Positions 38,462 through 51,690 are shown, numbered from the stretch's first letter. The stretch is 64,000 nucleotides of DNA from Chiloscyllium plagiosum (GCF_004010195.1 NC_057720.1:13843948-13907947), one strand, 5' to 3'. A program made the numbers and translations. The notes: generated by a model from the letters alone, not told the origin.

Positions 38462-38775
38462 TTAGATTAGATTACTTACAGTGTGAAACAGGCCCTTCGG
38501 CCCAACAAGTCCACACTGACCCACCAAAGCGTAACCCACCCATTCCCCTACATTTACCCCTTCACCTAACACTATGGGCAATTTAACATGGCCAATTCAC
38601 CTAACCTGCACATTTTCGTACTGTGGGAGGAAACCGGAGCACCCGGAGGAAACCCACGCAGACACGCGGAGAACGTGCAAACTCCACACAGTCAGTCGCC
38701 TGAGTCGAGAATTGAACTCGGGTCTCTGGCGCTGTGAGGCAGCAGTGTTAACCACTGTGCCACCGTGCCACCCAC
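38462..38775 (-). mobile_element. HE1-type V-SINE inserted in CR1
   Basis: Full head-to-tail copy with a (ctaat)n tail. Confidence 0.9.
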
Positions 38776-39229
38776 GCCTTCTTCACTATCCTATCTACCT
38801 GTGACTCTATTTTGAAGGAACTATGAACCTGCACTCCAAGGTCTCTTTGTTCAGCAACAGTACCGAGGACCTTACCATTAGTGTATAAGTCCTGCTAAGA
38901 TTTGCTTTTCCAAAGTGCAACATCTCACATTTATGTAAATGTGTGCCCTGATTTGTCTTTCCGAAATGCAGCATTTCACATTTATCTAAATTATCTCTTG
39001 TGTCCCCAACTATCGATGTTAAACTTGCTTGCCCCTGGTTCCCTGATTTGTCTCTGCATTCCCTTGCGACCCCTTCCTGAATCACATTTGCTGTCCTCCA
39101 GTTGTCTGACACTGCTCCAGTGGCCAGAGTGGATTTGAAAATTGATATCATGGCCCCTGCGATCCCTTCCCTAGCCTCCCATAGCAGCCTGGGATACACC
39201 TCAGCTGGGTCTGCTGGCTTGTCCAATCA

Positions 39230-39265
39230 GTTCTGAGGAAGGGTCTCTCGACCCGAAACGTTAAC
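39230..39265 (+). ncRNA. Minimal hammerhead motif (family B)
   Basis: GTT-CTGAGGA-A-GGGTC(TCTC)GACCC-GAAAC-GTT-AAC. Confidence 0.75.
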
Positions 39266-40164
39266 ACTGACTTTTCCCCTCAGTTGCTGCTAGAACTGCT
39301 GAGCTATTCCATCAATTTCAGTTTTTGTTTCTGATTTCTAGCATCTGCAATTCTTTTGGCCCCCATTAGCAGCTATCCATTCTCCCAGGCTAACCATTAT
39401 CCACTCTTTGTCCGTCCAATTTGGGGTAAAAACAATGACTGCAGATGCTGGAAACGAAGGGCTTTTGCCCGAAACGTCGATTTCGAAGCTCCTTGGATGC
39501 TGCCTGAACTGCTGTGCTCTTCCAGCACCATTAATCCAGAGTGCATCCCATTTGGACTGTCTCTCCATCTATTGTTTACTCCTTATCCTCCTCTCCCCAC
39601 CCTATCTTCTGCACAAAAAACAACTTTTTTCCAAATACTATCAGTTCTGAAGAAACATTAACTCTGATTTCTCTCCACAGATAATGCCGGACTTGCTGTG
39701 TTTTCTCAGCAATTTCTGTTTTTGTTGCTGTTGTTGACCACACACAGTCTGCCTGCCAGGCTGACTTGGCTTTTCTTTTATGCTGGTCTGTGCATCACCC
39801 ACTATTGTGCATCCACTCTGCATTCCACTGTCCAGTTTCAATCCCCACCAACAGCGCAAGCAACCCTTCCACCCCAACAAGGAAGTTGGTTACATTTCTG
39901 TTCAGTACAACCCCTTCACTCATACAGGTGCTATATTCCCCAGAAATATCCAGTGATCCAGAAATCTACAGACACCCCTTTTGCACTATCTCTTCAGCCC
40001 CTTATTCATCTGCTCCCACCATCTATTCCTATATTCACTAGTATGTGACACCAGGAAATTATAACCTTTGAGGTGTTGCTTTTTAATCTATTACACAGCT
40101 CCCTAAATACTTGTTGGATGACCACAAACCTCTTGCCACATAGATTGATGATACAAATTTTTTA

Positions 40165-41390
40165 AAAATTCATTCTTGGGGCGTAAGCATTGCTGACTAG
40201 GCCAGCACTTATTATCCGTCCTAGCCACTTTGAAGAAATGACAGTGAGCTGCCTTCTTGAAACGCTGCAGTCTACATACTGTAGACAGATCCACAATGCC
40301 ATTAGAGAGGGAGTTCCAGGAGTTTGACCCAGCGACACTGAAGCACCAGCCATATATTTCCAAGTCAGGATGGTATGTGGCTTGGAGAGGAACTTGAAGA
40401 TCCTGGGGTTCCCATGTATCTGCTGCCCTTGTCCTTCTAGATGGGAGTGTTCGTGGGTTTGGAAGGTGCTGTCTGAGGATCTTTGGTGAATTTCTGCAGT
40501 GCATCTTGTAGATGGTACACACTGCTGCTACTGGAGCATCGGTGGTGGAGGGAGTGGGTGTTTGCGGATGTGGTGCCAATCAAGCGGCTGCTTTTCTCTG
40601 TATGGTATCAAGCTTCTTGACTGTCATTTTAGCTGCACCTATTTGGGCAAGCGGAAGTATCCCATCACAGTCCTGACATGAGTCTTGTAGATGGTGAAAG
40701 GCTTTGGGAAATCAGGAAGTGAGTTATTCATGTTTGTAGCCATTATACTTTTGTGACGAGTTAATGATAAACTGCTCAGGATGTTGATAGTTGGGGATTC
40801 AGTGATGGTAGAACCATTGAATGTCAAAGGGCAGTTGTTTGATTATCTCTTATTGGAGATGGTCAATACCTAACATTTGTGTGGCACGAATGTTTAGATA
40901 AGATTAGATTCCCTATAGTGTAGAAACAGGCCGTTCAGCCCAACAAGTCTGCACCGACCCTCCAAAGTGTAACCCACCCAGACGTGTTTCCCTATTTTAC
41001 CTCGACTAATGCACCTAACGCTGTGGGCAATTTAGCATGGCCAATTCACCTGACCTGCACATCTTTGTTTTGGAATGTGGGAGGAAACCAGAACACTTGG
41101 ATGAAACCCATGCAGATACAGGGAGAATGGGCAAACTCCACAAGACAGTTACTTGATACTTTTCAGCCCCAGCCTGAATATTGTCCAGATCCTGGTGCTT
41201 CAGTGTCTGAGGTGTCCCAAATAATGCTGAACATTGTGCAATCATCGGCAAATATTCCCACTACTGACCTTATGATGGAGGGAAGATTATTGATGAAGCA
41301 GCTGAAGATGGTTGCCTGTTGGACACTACCATGAGGAACTCTTGCGGAGATGTCTTAGAGCTGAGACTGACCTCTGACAGTTCACCATCT
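40165..41390 (-). mobile_element. Second LINE family 3' portion, interrupted by HE1 (about 40898-41150)
   Basis: HQDLDNIQA, FTIYKTHVRTVMGY, VAAVCTIYKMHC, and the family 3' tail. Confidence 0.8.
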
Positions 41391-41664
41391 ACCTTCAGAA
41401 TTCCTTGTACCTGTTCAAAGTCATCTTTGACCCAGCACCCAGAGAGACAACACACCACTCTGACTCAGCCTGCACCTTCACAATAGCCTGCTTTTATCCC
41501 GCACTATTAACTGGCCTACCACTGTAATTCTTCCTTTCTGTTTGTTCTCAATTTGCGCTTTAACTGCCCCCCTGAGGATCCAGTGACCCTTCTTCAGAAC
41601 CGTTGGAGTTTTGAGGAAGGGTCACTGGACCTGAAACGTTAACGCTTCACAAATGCTGCCAGAG

Positions 41665-42780
41665 GTGGCACGGTGGCTCAGTGGTCAGCACTGCTGCCTC
41701 ACAGCACCAGGGACTCGGGTTCGATTCCAGCCTCGGATAACTGCCTGTGTGGAGTTTGCACATTCTCCCCATACAATCCAAAGATGTGCAGGTTAGGTGG
41801 GTTGACCATGTTAAATTGCCCATAGGGTTCAGGGATGTATAGGTGAGGTGCATTTGACATCAAGAACAGCTACGTAAGAATTTTACTCATTGACTACAGT
41901 TCAGCCTTCAACACTATTATCCCCTCGAGACTGATTACTAAACTTAGCGATCTTAGGCTAAGCCCCAGTCTCTGCAGCTGGATTCTCAGTTTCCAGACCC
42001 ACAGGCCACAATCTGTGCCCCCCTACACATTAACAGCACAGAGGTGGAAAGAGTGGAGAGTGTCAAACTCCTGGTAGTGGTCATCCACAACAAGCTTTCT
42101 TGGACTGTTCATGTGGATGCACTAGTTACAAAGGCCCAACAACATCTCTTCTTCCTCAGGCAGCTGAGGAAATTTGCATGATGGCGAATACCCTTGCCAA
42201 CTTTTATAGGTGTGCCATTGAAAGCCTTCTGTCTGGATGTATCACTACTTGGTATGCCGACTGTACCATTCAAGATCGGAGATAGTTACAGAGAGTGGTG
42301 AACTCGGCCCAGACAAGGCCAACCTCGCATCTCTCGAATCCATCTACCGGCCCGCTGTCAAGGAAAGGCCGCCATCATTCTCAAAGATCCATCCCACCGT
42401 GGCAATGTCTTTCTACAACCTCTACCATTGGGGAGAAGGTACAGAAGCCTGAACCAGCCAGTTTTGTAACAGTTTCTACCCTACTGTTGTTAGAATACTG
42501 AATGGACTCACAGACTCTTAACATTCGCCTGTACCTGTGTTTTTGCTTTTGCCGCTGTTTACCTATTATTTACTTATCTATGCTACTTAACTCTGTGATC
42601 TGCCTGTACTGCTTGCAAGACAAAACTTTTCACTGTGCCTCGGTACACGTGACAATAAATTCAATTCATTAGTCAGGGGTAAATGTAAAGTTGTAGGGCA
42701 ATCAGTTTGGGATACTCATCAGACAGTCAGTGTGGACTTGTTGGGCTGAAGGGCCTTTTCCCATACTGTAGGGATTCAAG
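41665..42780 (+). mobile_element. HE1-type V-SINE (41665-41854 and 42667-42780) split by a Rex1 insertion
   Basis: Head ggcacggtggctcagtggtcagcactgc, B-box ggttcgattcc. The SINE resumes at cattagtcagggg. Confidence 0.85.
41855..42666 (+). mobile_element. Rex1/Babar-like LINE, 5' truncated and internally deleted
   Basis: [73 protein letters not shown], and an aataaa(ttcaa)n tail. Confidence 0.85.
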
Positions 42781-43218
42781 AACCTGCTGAGCTTTTCCAG
42801 CAATTTCTGATTTACAGCATCTGCGATTCTCTCGGTTTTTTGTTTACCATCACTCTCCCTTTTCCAACTCAGAAAAACTGTTCTTGAGAGAAATGCAGTC
42901 TGAAGATTTAATTAATTTACTCCAGAGTGGATTCTTGATTGGCGAAGGCAGTAGTAAGATGGCACAGGCTTACTTTTCCTTATTCTTCCATGGGTTGTGG
43001 GCATCACTGCTAAGTCCATCCTTAATCGCCCTTGAACCAAGTGGCTTGTTGGGTGGCTTCAGGTGGCAGATAAAAATCAACCACATTGCTGCGCGTCTGG
43101 CGTTACAGGTAAACCAGACAAGAATGGGCAATTTTGTTCCCTGAAAGAAATTTGTGAACTGCTGGGATTTTGTGGCAATCGATCATTGATTCATGGTCAC
43201 CATTCTTGACAGTTATCA

Positions 43219-43291
43219 ACTGAAGTAGCTCAGTTGAGCAAGTGTTAGACTGATGACCTAAAGGTCCCTGGTTCAGGCTTGGGTTTTGGAA
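43219..43291 (+). pseudogene. tRNA-Phe(GAA)-derived pseudogene, anticodon mutated to GAT
   Basis: Aligns without gaps over 73 nt to vertebrate tRNA-Phe (TAGCTCAGTTG...GTTAGACTGAnGA.CTAAAGGTCCCTGGTTC...GGGTTT). Substitutions in the D-loop, T-loop and stems. Confidence 0.85.
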
Positions 43292-45420
43292 GAGTAAGAA
43301 TGTATCTTTCTCCAGTTTTATGTGGTGCAATGGGTGACTCACAGACATAATAAATGTCCCAGTCAGCTGATAGCTATTGCTTTATTAATTGTACTCAAGT
43401 TCCACAAGCTGCCATGGTGAGATTTGAACTTATGTCCCCAGGATATAAGTCTGGACTGTGAGTTCAATGACATTACTACTCAAATTAGTTTGCTGTTGAA
43501 GGCAGCATGTTGGCCAGGATATCAGAAAATGCCTTGTGCTTCTCTGTATGGTGTTTTGGGATCTACCTTGAACCCACTATGGAGAGATAGTAGCTGAGTG
43601 ATAATTACATCGGACCAGTATTTCAGAAGCCGAGATTAATAATGCTGTACAGACTTGAGTTTAAATCCCATCTTGGCAGTCAGTGAAATTTAAATTTAAT
43701 TAATAAATCTGAAATTAAAAAAAACAGCTCCATTAGCGGAGATTCTGAAATCATTGATTACTGTTAAAAACCCATCTGATTAACCAATTTCCCATCCTTA
43801 ATGTACTGTGCAATTTGCTGTGGTCTATATTTGATTCCAAATCAATCTGGTTGACTCTTAACCGTCCTCTAAGGTGGCCTGGTGAGCTACATAGTTTAAG
43901 GATGATGTGGGCAACACTTGTTGGCATTACAAGTAACACTCACTTCCCACTAAAACGGGCTCACAAAACCTCGACTGAGTATTCAGCCATAGATGGGGTA
44001 GTTGCAGATGCCTTGAGATGCTACACCAGAAATATGCAGGATTAGCACCCAAACACTGATCAATATTAATTGTTGTGATATTATCAGTATGTGTGGGCTT
44101 CCAGCATGCAGTTCATTTGAAGGTGTTGACTTCCACATGGTGGAGGGATTCAGAATGGATGAGGGAGAGGGCACTCGGTTTCTGGGACAGGACACAAAAA
44201 TTTTTGATAGACATCCAGAAGAGGAAGGATGTTCTATTCCTACCAGAGGTGGGACCCTCAGTCTCCTATCAAAGTGCAGTAAATGACTGTTAGCATATTC
44301 CATGTGGAAATAGATGATCAGTAAATCCATGTTTGTGACGGTGATGTAATTCTAAAACCAGATTGCATCAGCAAGGAAATGAATCACTTAGGAATTCACA
44401 ATTTGTTTCAAAAAATAGGAGTTTTTGTTTTGCAATGTTGCTCACACTCTCTGCTGTCTCCATGTTCATCTATTTCCTTCAGCAGATCACCGGTGATGGA
44501 TTTTATTTTAAACAAGTCACAGGCATGGAACTTTCCAAGCTTCATCAAATCCATTCAAATTGGACCTTATTTTCCTACTGTCAACTCTCATTAAATGTTA
44601 CTTAGCCCACTTGGAATTGTGAGCGTGAAGCCCCTAAGACCTGCAGCAGTGTGACTACTTAAAGCAAAACTTCTGCTCATTATCTTTCATTAAGGGCAAA
44701 TTTTCCATAATTTAAACAAAAGGTTGCTGTGACCTTCTATGGTTTTACTTGACTAATTACAGCTAATTGGTTTGGTCTGGTTAACTCTCCAAGTACTGGT
44801 GACATATACATTTTGCTGCATTGTTTGGCAAGCACACTGTCAACAGGAGCTACTTTTATTCCTGTTCATGAATCCGTTCACCCAAGACTTTTTAAATTTT
44901 GAATATTTGTCGATTCCTAATGGGAACCAGAAAGTACTCAGTAATGATCTGTGCCTCTCTTAACTGTCTGTCATGATGGAACAATCTGAACATATTTTTT
45001 TTTACAGTCTGGAGGACAAAGACAATCCCAAATCTCATTTTACATTGCCATCATCTTCTCAAACTCTTGACTCTTCTGTATCTCTTGACCCTCACCTCCA
45101 AGAGCAACAGCCTTGGATCTGAACCAACATCTTTCTCTGGCGTCTATACTTTCTCACAGCTCCCATTCAAATCTGTCATAAAAGATGTGATAACTGGGCG
45201 TTGAGAAAATACTGGTCTGATTGGGCAGGGACAGCATGAATTACATAGAACACAGAACATAGAATGTTACAGCGCTGTCCAGGCCCTTTGGTTCTTGATG
45301 TTGTGCCAACCTGTGAAATTAATCTCATGCCCATCTAACCTACCCCCTTCCATTATTATCCATATGTATGTCCAATAGCAATTTAAATGCCCTGAACGTT
45401 GGCGAGTCTACTACTGTTGC

Positions 45421-46151
45421 CGACATCCGCCGACATTTCCGCCACCACCAAACAGACCCCACCACCAGGGATATATTTCCCTCCCCACCCCTCTCCGCCT
45501 TCCGCAAAGACCGTTCCCTCTGTGACTACCTGGTCAGGTCCACGCCCCCCTACGACCCACCCTCCCATCCTGGCACTTTCCCCTGCCACCGCAGGAACTG
45601 TAAAACCTGCGCCCACACCTCCTCCCTCACCTCCATCCAAGGCCCCAAAGGAGCTTTCCACATCCATAAAAGTTTTACCTGCACANNNNNNNNNNNNNNN
45701 NNNNNNNNNNNNNNNNNNNNNNNNNNNNNNNNNNNNNNNNNNNNNNNNNNNNNNNNNNNNNNNNNNNNNNNNNNNNNNNNNNNNNNNNNNNNNNNNNNNN
45801 NNNNNNNNNNNNNNNNNNNNNNNNNNNNNNNNNNNNNNNNNNNNNNNNNNNNNNNNNNNNNNNNNNNNNNNNNNNNNNNNNNNNNNNNNNNNNNNNNNNN
45901 NNNNNNNNNNNNNNNNNNNNNNNNNNNNNNNNNNNNNNNNNNNNNNNNNNNNNNNNNNNNNNNNNNNNTACCCCCACCCTCCTCAAGCTTATCTCTCCAC
46001 GCTTCAGGCTTTCTGCCTTTATTCCTGATGAAGGGCTTTTGCCCGAAACGTCAATTTCGAAGCTCCTTGGATGCTGCCTGAACTGCTGTGCTCTTCCAGC
46101 ACCACTGATCCAGAATCTGGTTTCCAGCATCTGCAGTCATTGTTTTTACCT
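45421..46151 (+). mobile_element. Penelope-like element 3' part spanning a gap
   Basis: FPSPPLSAFRKDRSL, GTFPCHRRNCKTC. Hammerhead core CTGATGA at 46025 and GAAACGTC at 46045. Confidence 0.9.
45686..45968. other. Assembly gap
   Basis: N run. Confidence 1.
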
Positions 46152-48861
46152 TACTGTTGCAGGCAGGTCATTCCATGCCCCTATTACTCTCTGAGTAGAG
46201 AAAACATCCCTGGCATCTGTCTTAAATCCATCAGCCCTCAATTTAAAGTTATGTCCCCTTGTGTTAGCCTTCACCATCCGAGGAAAAAGGCTCTCACTAT
46301 CCACCCTATCTAATCCTCTGATTATCTTATAAGTGTCGATTAAGTCACCTCTCAACCTTCTTCTCTCCAACAAAAACAGCCTCAGTTCCCTCTGCCTTTC
46401 CTTGTAAGACCTTCCTTCCATACCAGGCAACATTTGCAAAAATCCCCTCTGAACCGTTTCCAAAGCTTCCACATCCTTCCAATAATGTGGTGACCAGAAC
46501 TGTACACAATACTCCAGGTGTGGCCTTACCAGTGTCTTGTACAGCTGAAGCATGACCTTGTGGCGCCGAAACTCAATTCCCCTCCCAATAAACACCAACA
46601 CATCGTATGCCTTCTTAACAACCCTATCAACCTGGGTTCCAACTTTCAGGGATTTACACATCTGGACACCGAGATCTCACTGTTCATCTATGTTGTCAAG
46701 AATTTTACCAAATTAAAAATCACACAACACCAGGTTATAGTCCATTAGGTTTAATTGGAAGCACTAGCTTTCGGAGCACTGCTCCTTAATCAGATGGAGT
46801 GTTTAAAAGGCATCTGGATGGGTATGTGAATAGGAAGGTGTAAAAGGTTACGGGCCTAGTGCTGACAAATGGGACTAGATTAATTTAGGCTATCTAGTTG
46901 GCATGGATGAGTTGCACTTAAGGGTCTGTTTCCATGCTGTGACTTTATTAGTACTGATGGGTGTATTAAGCAGTGGGAGATGCTGATGTGTTGGGTAGAA
47001 GGTGTCACATGAAGACACATTCACTGACCTTGATCACCAACATGGGTTCACCAAAGCTCTTGCATTACTGAGCTAGCTTTTCAAGTGAGAACTCCAGGTT
47101 TGGATCTCCTTTCCCACTACTTCAACTCGTTTTGGAGGATGACTCCCTGTGAGGGCCTGACCCCTTCAGAACCACAGTTTCTTTCCATCTGTCCACCACT
47201 TGCCCTGGAGTCCTCTATCTACTCTAGTAGTCCATTTTCCATGTTTCAATTTACAGCAATGTTTATTGATGCCTGGTGTCTTATAAAGGAGCAGACCACC
47301 TGAAGACAGCACCACATGCTGTCCAGCATAACAGTGATGGATGTGCTGCTGAGTACAGAGACAACTAGTAGCACAATGAGGAAGTTGCCATCATGAAACA
47401 TGTTGAGTCCTCCACTACAGTCTTGATAATGAGTTGGGAGCACAGAACCACATTCAATGTAACTTTAGGTCTGATACATTGATTGTGGAAATATTTAGCT
47501 CTGTCTTCCAGTTGCTTCTACTATTTGGAACACAAGCAGTCGTGTGTTGCAACTTCACCAGATATCATTTTTAGGTACATTTGGTGCTGCTTCTGGCATG
47601 CCCTCCCTCAGTCTTCATTCAACACAAGGGGTAATTGAAGCAAATGGCATTATTGCTGTGATGGGAAGCTATAGAGGTCCATGAGGGAGAATGGAATAGA
47701 AAGATATGGTAAAATGTACAGGGGTGAAGGGAAGCCTTTGCAGAAAGTAGATGCTAGTCAGCATTGATAGTTAGGGCAGAATGGTCTGTTCTTTGTTTTC
47801 AAAATTGATTTAACTCAATGTTTCTTTAAAATAGGATTAAAGAAGGAAAGTCCACCTGTGTAAAAATGGTGCGATACCCATAGAGAGAGTTAATAACTCA
47901 TACAAAAGTTCTCTGATTTCATTTCCTTCAACTGTCCGAGAGAACCTTCATTGGTTCAGGAAGAGCAATCAAAAGCTTTGCAGTCATGAACGTCAATTTG
48001 AGACAAGCAGACATTAAACTGTTGAGTTCTGCTGAGTTGTACGTTGATTAAAATCTGTCATTTGATTTTATTTAAAAAATGGTCCCAGTTTTGTTCGCTA
48101 TTCAATTAGGTAAATGGAAATATTAACTGAAGCACTGGACCAGCCATTGCAATCTATCATTCGAATCAAAATGGTGACAGCATAATGAAGGTAAACAAAA
48201 GGAAGGAATAAAACAAAATTAAACCGAAGTAAGAAGAAGGGAAAGAGAAAGGGCAGGAGTTAGAAATTGCTCAGGAACTCTGACTGACTTCTCAGGTGGA
48301 AAAAAGATCATTCGCAAGAGTTGTATGTTTGCCCAGAACTCATTACTGCTGCGTGTTTCTGTTAACTTTGTACACCTCCCAAACTGACTAACTCCACCAT
48401 TTAGGAGGACAAGGATAACAGGTACATGAAAACACCACAAAGTTTCCCTCCCAACCACTCCTCACCATTCTAACTTGGAAATACATTGTCATTCCTTTTG
48501 TGTCACTGGGTCAAATTCATGGAACTCTCTCCTTAACAGCATTATGGGCTGCAAGGGTTCACACTTTATAAATTCCTACTTTGGAAATAGAACCAGTCTG
48601 GCTCAGGATTGGAATACAGGCAGACTCTAACTTCACACCTTTAATGCGTTGTCTGAGCTGTCACCTTTTCTGTATAAAACCTTAAATTATGTCAGGAATG
48701 TGACTTGAAAGGAGTTCTGGGATTTACATATTAATGAGGCACAATCTGCAACCCATTCTAAAATATGAAAGACTTAATAGCAATCTAGGTTTGCTCAATA
48801 TTAGTGCACGACACTATGATCTTGTACTATAAATTCTATCTTATGATCCTGCCCTGCTATT

Positions 48862-48896
48862 TACCTGATGAAAGAGCAGCGCTCTGAAAGCTAGTA
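48862..48896 (+). ncRNA. Minimal hammerhead motif (family C) at the end of a repeat spanning about 48565-48945
   Basis: TAC-CTGATGA-A-AGAGC(AGC)GCTCT-GAAAG-CTA-GTA. Confidence 0.75.
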
Positions 48897-49034
48897 CTTC
48901 CAAATAAACCTGTTGGACTATAACCTGGTATTGGGTGATTTTTAATGGGGTTCACAAAGGTAGGTCACCACCATCGTCCCCAAAGCAAGTGAGGATGGTC
49001 AATAAATGCTGGCCTACCATCGATGCCCACATCA

Positions 49035-49600
49035 AAAACAAAGAACAAAGAACAAAGAACAAAGAAAATTTACAGCCCAAGAACAGGCCCTTCGGCCCTC
49101 CAAGCCTGAGCCGATCCAAATGTACTATCTAAAACTGTCAGTTAATTCCTAAGCATCTGTATCCCTCTGCTCCCCACCAACTCATGCATCTGTCCAAACG
49201 CATCTTAAATGAATCTACTGTGCCTGCCTCGACCACCTCTGCTGGCAACGCGTTCCAAATGCCCACCACCCTCTGTGTGAAGTATTTGCCGCGTGTATCC
49301 CCCTTAAAAGTTCCACCTCTTACTTTGAAAGCATGACCTCTCGTTATTGAATCCTTCACCCTGGGAAAAAGCTTGTCTCTATCCATCCTGTCTATACCCT
49401 TCATGATTTTGTAAACCTCAATCAGGTCCCCCCTCAATCTCCTTTTTTCTAATGAAAATAAACCTAACCTATTCAACCTCTCTTCATAGCTAGCACCTTC
49501 CATACCAGGCAACATCCTCTTGGTAATCTGGCAACCAGAACTGTATACAGTATTCTAAATGTGGCTGAACCAATGTCTTGTACAATTTTAACATGACTTG
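49035..49600 (-). mobile_element. CR1 3' portion with a (CTTTGTT)n tail
   Basis: RGDLIEVYKIMKG, YFTQRVVGIWNALP. Confidence 0.9.
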
Positions 49601-49619
49601 CGAAGAGTCAACCACATTG

Positions 49620-50155
49620 GTCAGGCCAATTCTGGTCTCCCTGCTTTAGCGAGGATGGTGTGAAAGCTGAAATGGGTTAGAAAAGATTTACAAGGATTTT
49701 GCCAGAGTTGGAGGGTCTGAGCTATAGGGAGAGGCTGAATAGGCTGAGGCTATTTTACTTGGAGTGTGGGAGGCTGAGGGGTGACCTTATAGAGCTTTAT
49801 AAAATCATGAGGAGTACGGATAGGGTAAATAGACAAAGTCTTTTCCCTGAGGTGGGGGGAGTCCAGAACTAGAGGGCATAGGTTTAGGGTGAGAGGGGAA
49901 AGATTTAAAAGTGACCTTAGGGGCAACTTTTTCATGCAGCAGGTGTATGGAATGAGCTGCCAGAGGAAGTGGTGAAAGCTGGTACAGTTGTAACATTTAA
50001 AAGGCATCTGATGGGTATATGAATAAGAAGGGTTCAGAGGGATATGAGCCAAATACTGACAAATGGGACTAGATTCATTTAGGATATCTGGTTGGCATGG
50101 ACAAGTTGGACCGAAGGGTCTGTTTCCAAGCTGTACAGCTCTCTGAATCTATGAG
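49620..50155 (+). mobile_element. CR1 3' portion
   Basis: Near-identical in organisation to the CR1 ends at 32400-32930 and 51165-51690. Confidence 0.9.
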
Positions 50156-50709
50156 TCACATGGAGGCCAGGTCGGGTAAGTATAAGAGATTTTCATCTCC
50201 CCGAAAGAAATTAATGAACTAGATTTTTTTAATGAAAACTGAGAGTGATTGTTATTAATCTAGTGTTTTTTATTCCAGACTTTCCCTTAAATTCAAACTT
50301 CAACAAATGGGATTTGAACTCATGACCCCAGAATCTTAGCCCAGAGGTCCTAGATTATTTGTCTATTGATATTACCACCATTCCTCTTCATGATCACATG
50401 TACAAATGCATAATGAGTTCTTAGTACTTGAAATAATTGCACAGGGGCCAGTATCCCATCACCAATTTACCCTTTGTTTAATATATGCACAGTACATGGG
50501 GTCTGACCAGCCAGCTCAGAGGCAGTCCCTACATGAGGAGACTCTCTGACATTTCCGTTTACATCCATCAGCCAGGGCTCCCTGGCCCAAGTTAACAAGC
50601 CCAATCAAGGATCTCATCCATCTAGCTCTTTTTCCAATCTCTCCAGTGCTACTTTGTATATAAACAAGTTGGATAGCCACTTTTACAAAAGGAGATCCCA
50701 CAAACGACA

Positions 50710-51690
50710 ATGGCTAGATCTCATGGAATGCAGGGAGAACTGGCCATTTGGATACAGAACTGGCTCAAAGGTAGAAGACAGAGGGTGGTGGTGGAGGGTT
50801 GTTTTTCAGACTGGAGGCCTGTGACCAGTGGAGTGCCACAAGGANNNNNNNNNNNNNNNNNNNNNNNNNNNNNNNNNNNNNNNNNNNNNNNNNNNNNNNN
50901 NNNNNNNNNNNNNNNNNNNNNNNNNNNNNNNNNNNNNNNNNNNNNNNNNNNNNNNNNNNNNNNNNNNNNNNNNNNNNNNNNNNNNNNNNNNNNNNNNNNN
51001 NNNNNNNNNNNNNNNNNNNNNNNNNNNNNNNNNNNNNNNNNNNNNNNNNNNNNNNNNNNNNNNNNNNNNNNNNNNNNNNNNNNNNNNNNNNNNNNNNNNN
51101 NNNNNNNNNNNNNNNNNNNNNNNNNNNNNNNNNNNNNNNNNNNNNNNNNNNNNNNNNNNNNNNNTTACAAGGATGTTGCCAGGGTTGGAGGATCAGAGCT
51201 ACAGGGAGAGGCTGAACAGGCTGGGGCTGTTTCCCTGGATTGTTGGAGGCTGAGGGGTGACCTTATAGAGGTTTACAAAATTATGAGGGTCATGGATAGG
51301 ATAAATAGACAAAGTCTTTTCCCTGGGGCCAGGGAGTCCAGAACTAGAGGGCATAGGTTTAGGGTGAGAGGGAAAAGATATAAAAGAGACCTAAGGGACA
51401 ACGTTTTCACACAGAGGGTGGTACGTGTATGGAATGAGCTGCCAGAGGATGTCATAGAGATGTACAGCATGGAAACAGACCCTTCGGTCCAACCAGTCGA
51501 TGTGGTGGAGGCTGGTACAATTGCAACATTTAAGAGGCATTTGGATGGGTATATGAATAGGAAGGATTTGGAGGGATATGGTCCGGGTGCTGGCAGGTGG
51601 GACTAGATTGGGTTGGGATATCTGGTCGGCATGGACTGGTTGGATGTACAGCATGTTTCCATGATGTACATCTCTATGACTCCATGACTG
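50710..51690 (+). mobile_element. CR1 spanning a gap
   Basis: WIQNWLKGRRQRVVV, SGVPQG, FTQRVVRVWNELP. Confidence 0.95.
50845..51164. other. Assembly gap
   Basis: N run. Confidence 1.

Larger units (their letters stand above)
36920..38990 (-). mobile_element. Nested CR1 fragments (older 36920-37820, younger 37843-38990)
   Basis: RPQLGYCVKLWS, SRTRGHTFRMRG, FFIQRLVCVWNELP, KCEMLHFGK. Confidence 0.8.
45243..46710 (-). mobile_element. CR1 3' portion (45243-45420 and 46152-46710) split by a Penelope element
   Basis: LYKTLVRPHLEYCVQFWSP, RGDLIDTYKI. TSD tactgttgc at 45412-45420 and 46152-46160. Confidence 0.9.
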
